From Acidimicrobiia bacterium (lineage in GTDB: Bacteria > Actinomycetota > Acidimicrobiia > Spongiisociales > JAHEDJ01): a stretch of DNA of 64,000 nt. The notes beneath the pieces were generated by a model that saw nothing but the letters and a program-made list of their open reading frames with translations, was not told the DNA's origin and made no database searches. The number at the start of each line of letters is the position of its first letter. The first letter of the stretch is position 1. Position numbers and translations under genes: made by a program. Positions 38,259-48,868 of the stretch are shown here, one piece after another. The stretch spans positions 973 through 64,972 of the forward strand of contig DATIPS010000004.1 of NCBI GenBank assembly GCA_035471805.1. Reading direction: 5' to 3'.

Positions 38259-39325
38259 GTTCGGCAGCGATTGCCTTTGGTGTTTCGATCCTGGGAACTC
38301 CCTACGCCATCAGGTACCTGCGACGGCGCAATATCGGCCAGTTCATTCAAGAGGAAGTGGAAGGCCACTCACACAAACGCGGCACGCCCACGATGGGCGG
38401 CGTCGTCATCGTGGCCGCCGTTCTCATCGCCTACTCGCTGTCACACGTCTCCTTCTGGAGCCAGCAGAACGGATTCGGGTTCAACGTCCACGGGTTCAGG
38501 GCGGGCGGGCTGCTCGTGGTCTTCGCATTCGTAGGTATGGCCCTGATCGGATTCGTAGACGACTACCAGAAGGTCACCCGCGAACGAAACCTCGGTCTTG
38601 GAAAGGCCGCGAAATTCGGTGGCCAGCTGGCCATTGCAGGTGTCTTCGCCTGGTGGGCCGTCGAAGCCGGGGTGGCGACCGAGGTCGGGTTCACCAGATC
38701 CCTTGGAATCAACCTCGGTCTCGCCTACTTCATCTGGGTCCTGCTGATGCTGACGGCCACTGCCAACGCGGTGAACATCACGGACGGGCTCGACGGTTTG
38801 GTTTCGGGTTCGGGAGCTCTGGTCTTCGGTGCATACACGATCATCCTGTTCTGGATATCTAGAAACGACTCCTTCTACGGTCGATTCCTCGCCAACGAGT
38901 TGAGCGCACTGGAACTGGCGATCTTCGCCGCCGCGCTCTTCGGAGCGCTCCTCGGCTTCCTGTGGTGGAACACGGCGCCGGCCAAGATCTTCATGGGGGA
39001 CGTCGGTTCCCAATCGATAGGCGGGGCGCTGGCCGCACTCGCCCTGATCTCCAACACCGATCTGCTGCTTCTGCTGCTGGGCGGCCTGTACGTTGTGGAG
39101 ACACTCACGGTCATCATCCAGGTCGTGAGCTTCCGCGGGTTCGGCCGAAGGGTGTTCCGCATGACTCCCGTCCACCACCACTTCGAACTGATCGGCTGGC
39201 CGGAGACGACGATCATCGTGCGGTTCTGGATCCTGGCGGCGATCGGAATCGCGCTCGCCCTCGGGTTCTTCTACGGGGACTTCATCACCAACGGCGGTAT
39301 CGATCTGGGACGGGGAGCGATCTGA
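38243..39325 (+). CDS. mraY: Phospho-N-acetylmuramoyl-pentapeptide transferase
   Basis: KRGTPTMGG, NAVNITDGLDG and PVHHHFE motifs; polytopic. Its start overlaps the murE 3' end by 16 nt. Confidence 0.9.
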   Translation: MLALLSSAAIAFGVSILGTPYAIRYLRRRNIGQFIQEEVEGHSHKRGTPTMGGVVIVAAVLIAYSLSHVSFWSQQNGFGFNVHGFRAGGLLVVFAFVGMALIGFVDDYQKVTRERNLGLGKAAKFGGQLAIAGVFAWWAVEAGVATEVGFTRSLGINLGLAYFIWVLLMLTATANAVNITDGLDGLVSGSGALVFGAYTIILFWISRNDSFYGRFLANELSALELAIFAAALFGALLGFLWWNTAPAKIFMGDVGSQSIGGALAALALISNTDLLLLLLGGLYVVETLTVIIQVVSFRGFGRRVFRMTPVHHHFELIGWPETTIIVRFWILAAIGIALALGFFYGDFITNGGIDLGRGAI

Positions 39326-40614
39326 TGCGGATGCTCGTGCTCGGAGGCGGCGTGTCGGGACGCGGGGCCATTCGTCTCGCCGAGCGGCTCGGCTACGAGG
39401 TGGCCGTCTACGACCGCGACCCGGCCGCGCTGGCCGACCTCACCAACTTGCCCACCTTCCACTCCGAGTGGCAACCGGAATGGCTCCGCGGCATCGACGT
39501 GGTAGTGACCAGCCCCGGCATACCCGAACACTCCGCATCGATTTCCTCCGCGCTGCGTGCCGGCGTAACGGTATGGGCCGAACTCGAGTTCGCGGCACGC
39601 CACCTCACCGCACCGATCGTGGCGATTACCGGAACCAACGGCAAGACGACGGTTACGACCCTCGTCGCCGACATGCTCAACGCCTCCGGGAGGCAGGCAA
39701 CCGCAGCAGGGAACATCGGAACCGCCCTCACCGACATCGTCGGGAGCACCCCCGACGTGATCGTCGTCGAGGCGTCGAGTTTCCAACTCCGGTTCATCGA
39801 GAGCTTCACGCCGGATCTGGCCGTCCTGTTGAACATCGCTCCGGACCATCTCGACTGGCATCAGACTTTCGACAACTACCGGCAGGCGAAAGCGAACATC
39901 GTGCGGAACGCCGGACCCGAGGTGCCCCTGGTGTTCGACGTCGATGATCCCGAGGCCAGTCTGGTCGCGAGCCGCGCACACGCTCGTCCGGTGCCGGTGA
40001 GCGGCAAGGCTCGCACCGGCGGAGGGTGGGGGGTTGAAGGCGGCCGCCTGGTGCTCGATGGTCTCGAAATGCCCCTGGATGAGGTGCCGGTCGCCGATCC
40101 TTCCTTCCTGCTCGACCTGGTGGCGGCGGGTGCCGCCGCCTTGCTGGCCGGTGCAGATCCGGCCGCCGTGCGCGGTGTCATAACCGCCTTCGAGCCGGTG
40201 CGCCACCGTCGAACGGTTATCGGTGCCTGGCGGGACGTGATGTGGATCGACGACTCGAAGGCGACCAATCCCCATGCTGCCCTGGCCGCCGTTGCTGCCT
40301 ACCCGTCGGTGGTACTCATAGCGGGTGGCCGCAACAAGGCGCTGGATCTGGCGCCGATCGTCCGTCATCCGAATGTCCGGGCGGTCGTCGCGATCGGTGA
40401 GGCTGCCGATGAGGTCATCGAAGCCGCTCTCCACATTCCGGCGGTGAAGGCCGACTCGATGAGCGAGGCGGTCGCATCAGCCGCATCGATGGCCCGCTCC
40501 GGAGACACGGTCCTGCTGGCTCCCGGATGCGCCAGTTTCGACATGTTCGATTCGTACGCACATCGCGGAGAGGTGTTCCGACGGGCCGTGCTGGAGCTGG
40601 AGGAGGGGGAATGA
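39325..40614 (+). CDS. murD: UDP-MurNAc-L-alanine:D-glutamate ligase
   Basis: Start trimmed to the ATG at 39325 (overlaps the mraY stop). N-terminal Rossmann VLGGGVSG and P-loop ITGTNGKTT. Confidence 0.9.
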   Translation: MRMLVLGGGVSGRGAIRLAERLGYEVAVYDRDPAALADLTNLPTFHSEWQPEWLRGIDVVVTSPGIPEHSASISSALRAGVTVWAELEFAARHLTAPIVAITGTNGKTTVTTLVADMLNASGRQATAAGNIGTALTDIVGSTPDVIVVEASSFQLRFIESFTPDLAVLLNIAPDHLDWHQTFDNYRQAKANIVRNAGPEVPLVFDVDDPEASLVASRAHARPVPVSGKARTGGGWGVEGGRLVLDGLEMPLDEVPVADPSFLLDLVAAGAAALLAGADPAAVRGVITAFEPVRHRRTVIGAWRDVMWIDDSKATNPHAALAAVAAYPSVVLIAGGRNKALDLAPIVRHPNVRAVVAIGEAADEVIEAALHIPAVKADSMSEAVASAASMARSGDTVLLAPGCASFDMFDSYAHRGEVFRRAVLELEEGE

Positions 40615-41786
40615 CCACCAAGGTGACATCGATCGCGGGAGCCAGATCGGCGGCGCGCCGCCACGTCGCTACTGCGGAAGTCAACACTCGCCTCACGGTG
40701 CTGTTCAGCCTGGCGGTGGGACTGCTCCTGGTGATCGGTCTGGGCGCCATGCGCAGCGCGTCGTCAGTCGTCGGTCTCGAACAGGAGGGCAACGGTTGGG
40801 CCTTCTTCACGAGGCAGTTGATGGCGATGGGCTTCGGCGCAGTAGCCATGGTCGTTGCCGCCCGAGTCCCGTATGCCTGGTACCGCAAGGCGGCGGTGCC
40901 GATCTTCCTGGTGTCGAGTGTCGGTCTGCTCGCCGTTCTGCTCGTCGGTGATCGTGACTACGGAAGCCAGCGCTGGATCGACCTCGGGTTCACGGAGTTC
41001 CAGCCGTCGGAGTTTGCCAAATTCGCCACCATCGTCGCCCTTGCCGCGGTCATGGCCAAGAAGGAACGTCGACTCGACGATGTCTGGCACTTCGTGGTTC
41101 CCGTCGCAACGATCGTGGGATCCACATGCCTCTTCGTCATGCTCGAGCCCGACCTCGGCACGACGTTGATCATTGCGGCGGCGGCATTCGCGATCCTGGC
41201 CGTTTCCGCCTCTCCGCTCCGGTACGTGACGATGACCGGGATCGTGGGAGCGATCAGCGCCCTGGTGCTTGCCTACGCTTCCGACTACCGGTTTGCCCGG
41301 GTGACGGCTTTCCTGGATCCATATGCCGATGAACTGGGAGACGGATACCAGGTCCTGCAGGGTCTGGGCGCACTCGGTACCGGTGGAACCTTCGGGGTGG
41401 GGCTCGGAGCGAGCCGCACGAGGTGGGGATGGGTTCCCAACGCCCACACCGACTTCATCTTCGCGATCATCGGCGAGGAGATTGGTTTCGCGGGCGGACT
41501 GGTCATAGTCACCCTGTTCGCTCTCATCGCAGTAATCGGATTGACGGTTGCCTTTCGAGCTCCGGATAGGTTCGGCCGATTCCTGGCGGTTGGAATAACG
41601 GTCTGGATCACGGCCCAAGCCGTCGTGAACATCGGGGGAGTCGTGCAGGCGATGCCGATCACCGGGATGCCCCTGCCGTTCATCTCCTTCGGTGGGACGG
41701 CACTGGTGATGGTGATGGGGGCGGCGGGAGTTCTCATCAACGTTGCGCGGAGCGGCGTTTCGTCTTCCCGGAGAGGAAGTCGATGA
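40611..41786 (+). CDS. ftsW: Peptidoglycan glycosyltransferase FtsW (SEDS family)
   Basis: Start trimmed to the ATG at 40611 (ATGA overlap with murD). SEDS motifs QPSEFAK and DFIFAIIGEE; about 10 TM helices. dcw position. Confidence 0.85.
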   Translation: MTTKVTSIAGARSAARRHVATAEVNTRLTVLFSLAVGLLLVIGLGAMRSASSVVGLEQEGNGWAFFTRQLMAMGFGAVAMVVAARVPYAWYRKAAVPIFLVSSVGLLAVLLVGDRDYGSQRWIDLGFTEFQPSEFAKFATIVALAAVMAKKERRLDDVWHFVVPVATIVGSTCLFVMLEPDLGTTLIIAAAAFAILAVSASPLRYVTMTGIVGAISALVLAYASDYRFARVTAFLDPYADELGDGYQVLQGLGALGTGGTFGVGLGASRTRWGWVPNAHTDFIFAIIGEEIGFAGGLVIVTLFALIAVIGLTVAFRAPDRFGRFLAVGITVWITAQAVVNIGGVVQAMPITGMPLPFISFGGTALVMVMGAAGVLINVARSGVSSSRRGSR

Positions 41787-42862
41787 CGTATGCGATCGCC
41801 GCAGCCGGAACGGGGGGACACGTCTATCCGGGCCTGGCCGTCGGTGAGCAACTGGTTGCCGATGGTGTCGCCCGTGCTGATGTGCTGTTCATCGGAGGGG
41901 ACCGCCTGGCGGCCACGGTATTTCCCGCCGCCGGGTTCCCGTATCTGAGGCTCCAAGTCCGGGGGCTCAGCCGCAGCCTCAGCGCCAAGAACCTGGCTTT
42001 GCCGCTGGTCGTGGCGCGCGCAACACGGCGCGCTTCCTCCGAGTTGCGAGCCCGCGACGTCGGGGTCGTGCTCGGAATGGGCAGCTACACCTCCGTCCCG
42101 GTTGGCCTCGCGGCCAGACGCCGGCGCATACCCCTGTATCTTCACGAGCAGAACGCCCACGCCGGACTGGCCAACCGATTGATGGGCCGATTTGCAGTGA
42201 CCACGTTCACCTCCTTCGAGCAGACCGAGGGCGCGGTCCGTGCGCTTCATGTTGGAAATCCCATTCGGGCGGGTCTGGCGGAGTTCAATCGGGTCGAGCT
42301 CAGGCGGGCGGCCTTCGATAGGTACGGCCTCGAGCCGGGGCGCGTTACGCTCGGGGTGGTCGGGGGAAGTCTCGGTGCCCGCGTGGTCAATCGGGCCGTG
42401 ATGGCGGCCATGTCGGATTGGGAAGATCCGCCGATCCAACTCGTACACCTGGCGGGCCGCGACCATGTCGACGAGGTGACGGCGGCTGCGCAGAGATCTG
42501 AGTTTCCCTGGGTCGTGATCGAGTTCGAGTCAGAGATGCAGTACTTCTTCGCAGCCGTCGACGTCGTTGTGGCCCGGGCCGGCGGCATGGTGGCCGAGAT
42601 GACGGCCACCGGAACGCCGGCCATTCTGATTCCGGGCGGGTTTGGATCCGGAGGGCATCAGGACGCCAACTCCCGGGCCCTGGAGAGGGCGGGCGCCGCC
42701 CGGTGCTTGAGCGAGGACCGACTGGACGAGTTACCCGATCTGATTGCGCAGCTGGCGAGAGACCCTGCACAGCGGCGCGGGATGTCCGCGGCCGCGCATG
42801 CCATCGCCAGACCGCAGGCAGCTGCCACAATCTCGGCTGAACTCAGGCGGGCACATGGTTGA
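41783..42862 (+). CDS. murG: UDP-GlcNAc:lipid I N-acetylglucosaminyltransferase
   Basis: AAGTGGHVYPGLAV at the N-terminus and the C-terminal ARAGGMVAEM...GGHQDANS region. ATGA overlap with ftsW. Confidence 0.9.
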   Translation: MTYAIAAAGTGGHVYPGLAVGEQLVADGVARADVLFIGGDRLAATVFPAAGFPYLRLQVRGLSRSLSAKNLALPLVVARATRRASSELRARDVGVVLGMGSYTSVPVGLAARRRRIPLYLHEQNAHAGLANRLMGRFAVTTFTSFEQTEGAVRALHVGNPIRAGLAEFNRVELRRAAFDRYGLEPGRVTLGVVGGSLGARVVNRAVMAAMSDWEDPPIQLVHLAGRDHVDEVTAAAQRSEFPWVVIEFESEMQYFFAAVDVVVARAGGMVAEMTATGTPAILIPGGFGSGGHQDANSRALERAGAARCLSEDRLDELPDLIAQLARDPAQRRGMSAAAHAIARPQAAATISAELRRAHG

Positions 42863-44225
42863 TCTCGGGACATCGAAGCGAATACACATAATCGGCGTGG
42901 CGGGCGCAGGGATGAGCGGTCTGGCAAAACTGCTCGCACAACTCGGCCACGTGGTGTCCGGGTCGGACCTGAGAGCGGGACCGATTCTCGACCTGCTCGA
43001 CGGGATCGGCGTCAGAACATGGACGGGTAGCCGGCCCGACGACGTCCTGGGAGCCGATCTGGTTGTTGCCTCGTCGGCAGTCCCCGATCGCGATCCGGAG
43101 TTTGCAGCAGCTCAGGAGCACGGAACGCCGGTCTGGCGGCGGCCTGCACTGCTGGAGGCCATGACCCGTTCTATGCCCGCCGTCGGCGCAACCGGCACCC
43201 ACGGAAAGACATCGACGACCGCGATGCTGATATCGATGCTGCGATCCCTCGACCAGGATCCATCGTTCATGGTCGGCGGTGAACTCGTCGACCTGCGGAC
43301 CAACGCACATCTCGGCCGGCGTTCGCCTTTTGTGCTCGAGGCCGACGAGGCGTTTCGTACATTCGAATCGCTTCACCTGCAGGGTCTCGTCGTCACCAAC
43401 GTCGAAGCGGATCACCTGGATCACTTCGGATCCGTGTATGAGATGGAGGATTCCTTCGCCGAAGTGGTGCGCTCGGTCGACGGACCCGCCCTGATCGGTA
43501 TCGATGACGCCGGGGGGCGTCGTCTCTCCGAACGTACGGGCCGGCCGACCTACGGCACGGATTCGGCGGCAACGTGGCGCATCACTGAGGTCGACGAGCG
43601 TTCCATGTCGGTGGCGTTTCGGCTCACCGGCCCGGGATTCGACGAGTCCGTCACGGTCTCACGACCCGGCCTGCATACCGCCCGGAACGCCTCGGGAGCC
43701 ATCGCCCTTCTCTCGGAACTCGGGTTCGATGCCGTCGGTGCTGCGCGAGCCCTCCGCGAGTTCGCCGGGATCCGCAGGCGGTTCGAAGTAAGGGCAACGA
43801 TCGGGGGAGTGACGATCATCGACGACTACGCCCACCATCCCACCGAGGTGGCCGCGACGGTCCGCACCGCCCTGCACGGAGACTGGGAGCGGGTGTGGGC
43901 GGTATTCCAGCCGCATCTGTACAGTCGGACCGAGACGCTCCAGCGCGAGTTCGGAATGGCGATGTCTGGCTGCGATGTGATCGTGGTCACCGATGTGTTC
44001 GGTGCTCGTGAAGTGCCCAGGCCGGGCGTAACCGGAGCGCTCGTCGCCGACGCGGCACGTGACCACACCGACGCCGAGGTGCACTACGTTCGGCACCGAA
44101 GCGACCTGGCCGACTTCATCGCGGGCCGCCTCCAACCCGGCGATCTGGTTCTCACGATGGGAGCCGGTGATATCACGCTTCTTCCCGGCGAACTGGCAGG
44201 GGCCCTCTCCCGGGATTCCATCTGA
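42855..44225 (+). CDS. murC: UDP-N-acetylmuramate:L-alanine ligase
   Basis: Start trimmed to the ATG at 42855. IHIIGVAGAGMSGLA and P-loop GATGTHGKTST. Confidence 0.9.
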   Translation: MVDLGTSKRIHIIGVAGAGMSGLAKLLAQLGHVVSGSDLRAGPILDLLDGIGVRTWTGSRPDDVLGADLVVASSAVPDRDPEFAAAQEHGTPVWRRPALLEAMTRSMPAVGATGTHGKTSTTAMLISMLRSLDQDPSFMVGGELVDLRTNAHLGRRSPFVLEADEAFRTFESLHLQGLVVTNVEADHLDHFGSVYEMEDSFAEVVRSVDGPALIGIDDAGGRRLSERTGRPTYGTDSAATWRITEVDERSMSVAFRLTGPGFDESVTVSRPGLHTARNASGAIALLSELGFDAVGAARALREFAGIRRRFEVRATIGGVTIIDDYAHHPTEVAATVRTALHGDWERVWAVFQPHLYSRTETLQREFGMAMSGCDVIVVTDVFGAREVPRPGVTGALVADAARDHTDAEVHYVRHRSDLADFIAGRLQPGDLVLTMGAGDITLLPGELAGALSRDSI

Positions 44226-45154
44226 TGAGTTCCTGGCGAGAGCTGGCAGACCGGAATCGCCTTCTCACCCACGTTCCGCTCGGGCCACTGACTACCTACA
44301 AGCTCGGGGGTCCCGCCCGCCTGCTGGTCGAGGTTGAGGATGCCGACGATCTCGTGTCGCTGGCCGGCGGCATCGCCGAGACACCACTGCCGGTTCTCGT
44401 CCTCGGAAGAGGCAGCAATGTCCTCATCTCAGATCGCGGCTTCGACGGTGTCGTCGTTCATCTCGGTCCCGGCTTCTCCTGGGTGCGATGGCAGGAAGGT
44501 CTGGTGTCGGCCGGCGGGTCGACGTCCCTCCCCAATCTGGCCCGGACGGCGGCGAGGGCCGGGCAGGGCAGCCTCGAGTTCTATGTGGGGATTCCCGGTT
44601 CGGTCGGCGGCGCGGTGCGAATGAATGCCGGATGTCACGGATCGGAGACCGCCGACGTTCTCGAGACCGCCGACGTTTTCGACCTGCTGGACGGAACACG
44701 ATCCGCCCGTTCGCCGGAGGACCTGGATCTCGGCTACCGCCACTCGAATCTGGGAGACCACGAAGTCGTCGTATCCGCCACTTTCCACACGGTCCCTGTG
44801 GAACCGGCGGCCGCCGAAGGGGTGATGCGCGAGGTGAGCAGGTGGCGGAAGGAGCACCAGCCGGGAGGCACACTGAACGCCGGGAGCGTGTTCAAGAACC
44901 CTCCGGGCGACGCAGCCGGCCGAATCATCGACGAGGTCGGTCTCAAGGGCTACAGGGTCGGGAGTGTTTCGGTGTCGCACAAGCACGGCAACTTCTTCGT
45001 GGCCGAGCGCGCTGCAACGGCCCAGGATGTGCACGATCTGGTGTTCGCCGTGCGAGAGATCGTTCGCGAGCGCTCGGGGGTGGAGCTGATCCCCGAGATC
45101 CGGTTCGTCGGCGACTTCGACGACGAACCACAGCCGCCACCGGCGGAGGACTGA
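44225..45154 (+). CDS. murB: UDP-N-acetylenolpyruvoylglucosamine reductase
   Basis: FAD-binding region GGPARLLVEV...VLGRGSNVL, and C-terminal GSVFKNP and VSHKHGNF motifs. 1-nt overlap with the murC stop. Confidence 0.85.
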   Translation: MSSWRELADRNRLLTHVPLGPLTTYKLGGPARLLVEVEDADDLVSLAGGIAETPLPVLVLGRGSNVLISDRGFDGVVVHLGPGFSWVRWQEGLVSAGGSTSLPNLARTAARAGQGSLEFYVGIPGSVGGAVRMNAGCHGSETADVLETADVFDLLDGTRSARSPEDLDLGYRHSNLGDHEVVVSATFHTVPVEPAAAEGVMREVSRWRKEHQPGGTLNAGSVFKNPPGDAAGRIIDEVGLKGYRVGSVSVSHKHGNFFVAERAATAQDVHDLVFAVREIVRERSGVELIPEIRFVGDFDDEPQPPPAED

Positions 45155-45888
45155 TGATCGATCCGAGGATGGATGAGCGCCGGCGGGCGGTCCTCGAAAG
45201 CGGAGCCAGGAGGGGTATCAGGCGTGCGCTGATTCTGTTGATTCTCGTCAGCCTGGGTGCCGGACTCGTGTGGCTGCTGCAGTCCCCGATGCTGTCCGTG
45301 GGTGAGATCGAGGTGACCGGCTCGCTCCGGCAAGACGTCCGCGACGCCATAACCAGGGCGGGCATCGAAGAGGGAACGCCGCTGATTCTGGTTCGTACCG
45401 GCCGCGCAACCGAGGAACTCGAATCCCTCCCGTGGGTGAAGGCCGCCACAGTGAAGCGAGTGTTCCCCGACCGCGTCGAGATAGCGGTCGATCAGCGCCG
45501 CGCGGTTGCGTGGATGTGGACGTCGGGGACATTCGCAGTGCTGGACATCGAAGGTGTGGTGCTGGAGTACGTTTCCGCACCCGCCGAAGGGGCTCCGGTT
45601 CTTCAGTTCGGCGCCCGGCAGATCGAAGTTGGGGATCAACACACCGAACCCGCGGTACTCGGCGGAATCGAGTTCGTCGCCGCGATCAACGGGGCACTCT
45701 CGGGACTCGAACTGAGGGAAGCGGGAGGGGAGCTCTGGGGGTTCTTCGACGGCCATGAGATTCGTATGGGCCGTCCGGTGGAAATGGCAGCAAAAGCTGC
45801 TGCGCTGCTGGCCGTGCTGGCCGATGGGTTGCCGGCCGGAGCTTCGATCAACCTCATTGCACCTGCCCGGCCCGCGGTCACTCCCTGA
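45154..45888 (+). CDS. ftsQ: Cell division protein FtsQ (POTRA domain)
   Basis: Start trimmed to the ATG at 45154 (overlaps the murB stop). A TM anchor (ALILLILVSLGAGLVWLL) is followed by a POTRA-like region (VGEIEVTGS...). Position immediately before ftsZ. Confidence 0.7.
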   Translation: MIDPRMDERRRAVLESGARRGIRRALILLILVSLGAGLVWLLQSPMLSVGEIEVTGSLRQDVRDAITRAGIEEGTPLILVRTGRATEELESLPWVKAATVKRVFPDRVEIAVDQRRAVAWMWTSGTFAVLDIEGVVLEYVSAPAEGAPVLQFGARQIEVGDQHTEPAVLGGIEFVAAINGALSGLELREAGGELWGFFDGHEIRMGRPVEMAAKAAALLAVLADGLPAGASINLIAPARPAVTP

Positions 45889-45994
45889 CCAGCGCAACCA
45901 TCAAGTTGACGTAGAAGGTTAGGTATTCGGTATGGATTCGGCACAGACATCAAGGTAAAGTTCACCCTGAACCCTTTCCGCTTGGAGCACAGCC

Positions 45995-47044
45995 ATGGCC
46001 AATAAGAACTTCTCTACACCGCAGCACTACCTCGCCGTCATCAAGGTGGTGGGAGTCGGCGGCGGCGGCGTGAACGCCGTCAATCGCATGATCACGGCGG
46101 GAGTGCGGGGCGTTGAGTTCATTGCCGTGAACACCGACGCGCAGGCGCTCCTGATGTCGGATGCCGACATCAAACTCGACCTCGGGCGAGACATCACCCG
46201 GGGCCTGGGCGCCGGCGCGAACCCGGAGGTCGGCCGGGCAGCGTCGGAGGAGCACCGCGAGGAAATCGAAGAGGTGCTCAAAGGGGCGGACATGGTGTTC
46301 GTCACTGCCGGCGAGGGGGGTGGAACCGGTACGGGGGGTGCTCCGGTCGTGGCCGAGGTCGCCCGCAATCTGGGCGCCCTCACCGTGGGAGTGGTCACTC
46401 GTCCATTCGGGTTCGAAGGAAGGCGCAGGTCGCTGCAAGCCGAGCAAGGCATTCAGGATCTCCGAGAGGCAGTCGACACGCTGATCGTGATCCCCAACAA
46501 TCGCCTGCTGGAGATTGCCGACGAGAAGACGCCGATCATCGATGCCTTCCGGCTGGCCGATGAGGTGCTCACGAACGGCGTGGCCGGTATAACCGATCTC
46601 ATCACGACACCCGGCCTGATCAACGTCGACTTCGCAGATGTGAAGACGGTCATGCAAGACGCCGGGACCGCGGTGATGGGCATAGGCAGAGGCTCGGGAG
46701 AGGACCGGGCATCGCAGGCTGCCAACCGGGCTATTGCCAGTCCTCTCCTCGAAACATCGATGGAAGGAGCACGAGGCGTACTCCTGTCGGTGGCAGGCCC
46801 GCCCAGCATGTCTCTCTATGAGGTCAACCAGGCGGCTTCTGCCGTAGCCGAGCACTGCGACGCCGATGCCGACATCATCTTTGGGGCAGTCGTCGACGAC
46901 GCACTCGGAGAAGAGATCCGGGTCACCGTGATCGCGGCCGGCTTCGACCAGCGTCGGGCGCGGGGCCTCGCCTCGGGAACCCTGTCCGGTCTCGCCAACC
47001 AAAAAGACGAGGATCTGGATATCCCGAGCTTCGTCCGGGGATGA
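45995..47044 (+). CDS. ftsZ: Cell division GTPase FtsZ
   Basis: [13 protein letters not shown], the tubulin signature [11 protein letters not shown], and the C-terminal peptide [16 protein letters not shown] lies 7 nt upstream of the ATG. Confidence 0.95.
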   Translation: MANKNFSTPQHYLAVIKVVGVGGGGVNAVNRMITAGVRGVEFIAVNTDAQALLMSDADIKLDLGRDITRGLGAGANPEVGRAASEEHREEIEEVLKGADMVFVTAGEGGGTGTGGAPVVAEVARNLGALTVGVVTRPFGFEGRRRSLQAEQGIQDLREAVDTLIVIPNNRLLEIADEKTPIIDAFRLADEVLTNGVAGITDLITTPGLINVDFADVKTVMQDAGTAVMGIGRGSGEDRASQAANRAIASPLLETSMEGARGVLLSVAGPPSMSLYEVNQAASAVAEHCDADADIIFGAVVDDALGEEIRVTVIAAGFDQRRARGLASGTLSGLANQKDEDLDIPSFVRG

Positions 47045-47664
47045 TCGTTCCGCCCGGCTATCCGGGTATCGCCTTCACCACCGCCGACGACGGGGACGTG
47101 CGCGGCGATCAGGTCGCCCGTGACGAGGTGGCCGCACAGCTCGGTATCCCGCGACCGTGGGCCGTGGTCGAGCAGGTGCACGGCTCAACGGTCGTCCGGG
47201 CCACCGAACCGGTGAACTTCGGCCCCGCCGATGCCTTGTTCACGACCGAGGCCGATCTTCCCCTTGCCGTGTTCACCGCCGACTGCCTCGGGGTGGCGCT
47301 GATCGCGGACGGTGCAGTCGGAGTCGCCCATGCCGGCTGGCGGGGGGTGGTGGCGGGTGTGGTTCCGAACTTGATCGAGGCCATGACCGAGGCGGGCTTC
47401 CCTCCACAGCGCGCCGGAGTCGGACCGGGAATCGGCTCGTGCTGCTACGAGGTCGGGGCGGAGGTGGCAGAGCGGCTGGCGGGGTTTGTTTCCGAGACGA
47501 CCTGGGGAACCGTGAGCGTCGACCTGCCGGGCGCGGTCCGGGACCAGCTCGGGGCCCTGGACATATGGGAGGCTGGGGAGTGCACGATGTGCTCGGCCCC
47601 CTTCCACTCGCACAGGGTCGACGCAACACCGGCGAGAATGGGGACCATCGCATGGATAACTTGA
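47041..47664 (+). CDS. pgeF: YfiH/PgeF family (laccase-domain / peptidoglycan editing factor) protein
   Basis: [16 protein letters not shown] and CTMC...FHSHR motifs. ATGA overlap with ftsZ. Confidence 0.8.
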   Translation: MIVPPGYPGIAFTTADDGDVRGDQVARDEVAAQLGIPRPWAVVEQVHGSTVVRATEPVNFGPADALFTTEADLPLAVFTADCLGVALIADGAVGVAHAGWRGVVAGVVPNLIEAMTEAGFPPQRAGVGPGIGSCCYEVGAEVAERLAGFVSETTWGTVSVDLPGAVRDQLGALDIWEAGECTMCSAPFHSHRVDATPARMGTIAWIT

Positions 47665-48317
47665 AACTCGCCGAGACGATGGAGCGGGTCGCCCTGGCGG
47701 CCCTCCGGTCGGGCAGACGACCGGAGGAGGTCGTCGTTGTGGCGGTTGGCAAGACATTCTCTCCCGAGATCCTGATGACGGTCTACGACGCCGGTCATCG
47801 CGATTTCGGGGAGAATCGTGCCCAGGAGCTCTCGACCAAGGCGAGTGTGCTCCCCGCGGACGTGCGGTGGCATTTCGTGGGACCGTTGCAGCGCAACAAG
47901 GTTCGGCTCGTTCGTCCGGCCGTCGCGCTGCTCCACTCGATGGACCGCGTCGCGCTCGGCGAGGCCTGGTTGAAAGGGCCTGGAACGCCTCCTCCCGTGC
48001 TGGTCGAGGTGAACATCGGCGAAGAGCCGCAGAAGTCGGGAGTGTCCCCCGACCGCGCCTCCGAAGTCATCGGCCGACTGGTCGAGCTGGGAGTGGACGT
48101 CCGCGGGCTCATGACCATTCCGCCCCGAGTTGAAACACCCGAAGCCGCCCGCCCCTATTTCCGCCGGATGGCCGCGTTGCGGGAGGCGCTGAGGTTCGAG
48201 TTCCCGCAAATCGACGAGCTGTCGATGGGAATGAGCGACGACTTCGAGGTCGCAATTGAGGAAGGAGCGACTCTCGTGCGCGTCGGACAAGCTATCTTTG
48301 GGCCGAGAAATCGCTAG
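47652..48317 (+). CDS. yggS: YggS/YlmE family PLP homeostasis protein
   Basis: Start trimmed to the ATG at 47652. VAVGKTFS (PLP lysine), [18 protein letters not shown] and SMGMSDDFE. Confidence 0.85.
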   Translation: MDNLKLAETMERVALAALRSGRRPEEVVVVAVGKTFSPEILMTVYDAGHRDFGENRAQELSTKASVLPADVRWHFVGPLQRNKVRLVRPAVALLHSMDRVALGEAWLKGPGTPPPVLVEVNIGEEPQKSGVSPDRASEVIGRLVELGVDVRGLMTIPPRVETPEAARPYFRRMAALREALRFEFPQIDELSMGMSDDFEVAIEEGATLVRVGQAIFGPRNR

Positions 48318-48331
48318 ACATCGGGGAGCAC

Positions 48332-48862
48332 ATGGCTTCGTTGTGGCAGAAAGCGCTGATGTATCTCGGGCTCGTCGACGAGGATCGAGTCGATCAGGAG
48401 CCTGAACAACCGGCGCCGGCGCGGACGAGAAGTGCGGTCAAGACCGTGGAAACCCAGGGAACGCGCGAGCGTGTCGCGGGGCGGCGAGTCGAGCCGCCAC
48501 CGGTCGCCCGGCGGCCCCAACCGCAGTCCTCCACCCGGTCGACGGGCGCAGTGCGCGCCGTTCCGACGATGGATGCCCAGTCCGACATCATCGAGCCGGC
48601 CCATTTCGACGACGCCAAAGTGATCGCCGACCGGCTTCGTGACCGCGTACCGGTGGTGCTGAACATGCGGAACACCGATCCGGATATGGTGCGCCGCCTC
48701 GTAGATTTCTGCACCGGTCTGACCTACGCTCTCGACGGATCGATGAGGAAGATCGACGAGGGTGTCATCCTCGTCCTGCCCCCGCGGGTGTCGCTGGGCC
48801 GTGAGGAGAAGCGGAGGCTGGCGGACCTCGGCCTGTATGCGGTCGGCGACGAGCAGACCTGA
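48332..48862 (+). CDS. sepF: Cell division protein SepF
   Basis: N-terminal membrane-targeting helix MASLWQKALMYLGL, a Pro/Arg-rich linker, and a conserved C-terminal domain (FDDAKVIADRLRDRVPVVLNM...DGSMRKI). Confidence 0.85.
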   Translation: MASLWQKALMYLGLVDEDRVDQEPEQPAPARTRSAVKTVETQGTRERVAGRRVEPPPVARRPQPQSSTRSTGAVRAVPTMDAQSDIIEPAHFDDAKVIADRLRDRVPVVLNMRNTDPDMVRRLVDFCTGLTYALDGSMRKIDEGVILVLPPRVSLGREEKRRLADLGLYAVGDEQT

Positions 48863-48868
48863 TCGTCC

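Noticed and set aside
38962-39324. Long N-terminal extensions of the listed ORFs for murD. The same occurs for ftsL (34063), ftsW (40527), murC (42744), ftsQ (44488), yggS (47157), the DUF2071 gene (4112) and the aminotransferase (9348).
   Set aside because: The extensions overlap the preceding, well-supported gene in another frame and translate to Arg/Pro-rich sequence. Conserved N-termini begin at internal starts that overlap the upstream stop codons.
45889-45994. Internal ftsZ promoter in the AT-rich ftsQ-ftsZ spacer (TTGACG at about 45917)
   Set aside because: I could not find a -10 hexamer at acceptable spacing from the TTGACG. An internal promoter is plausible from known biology but is not supported by the sequence alone.
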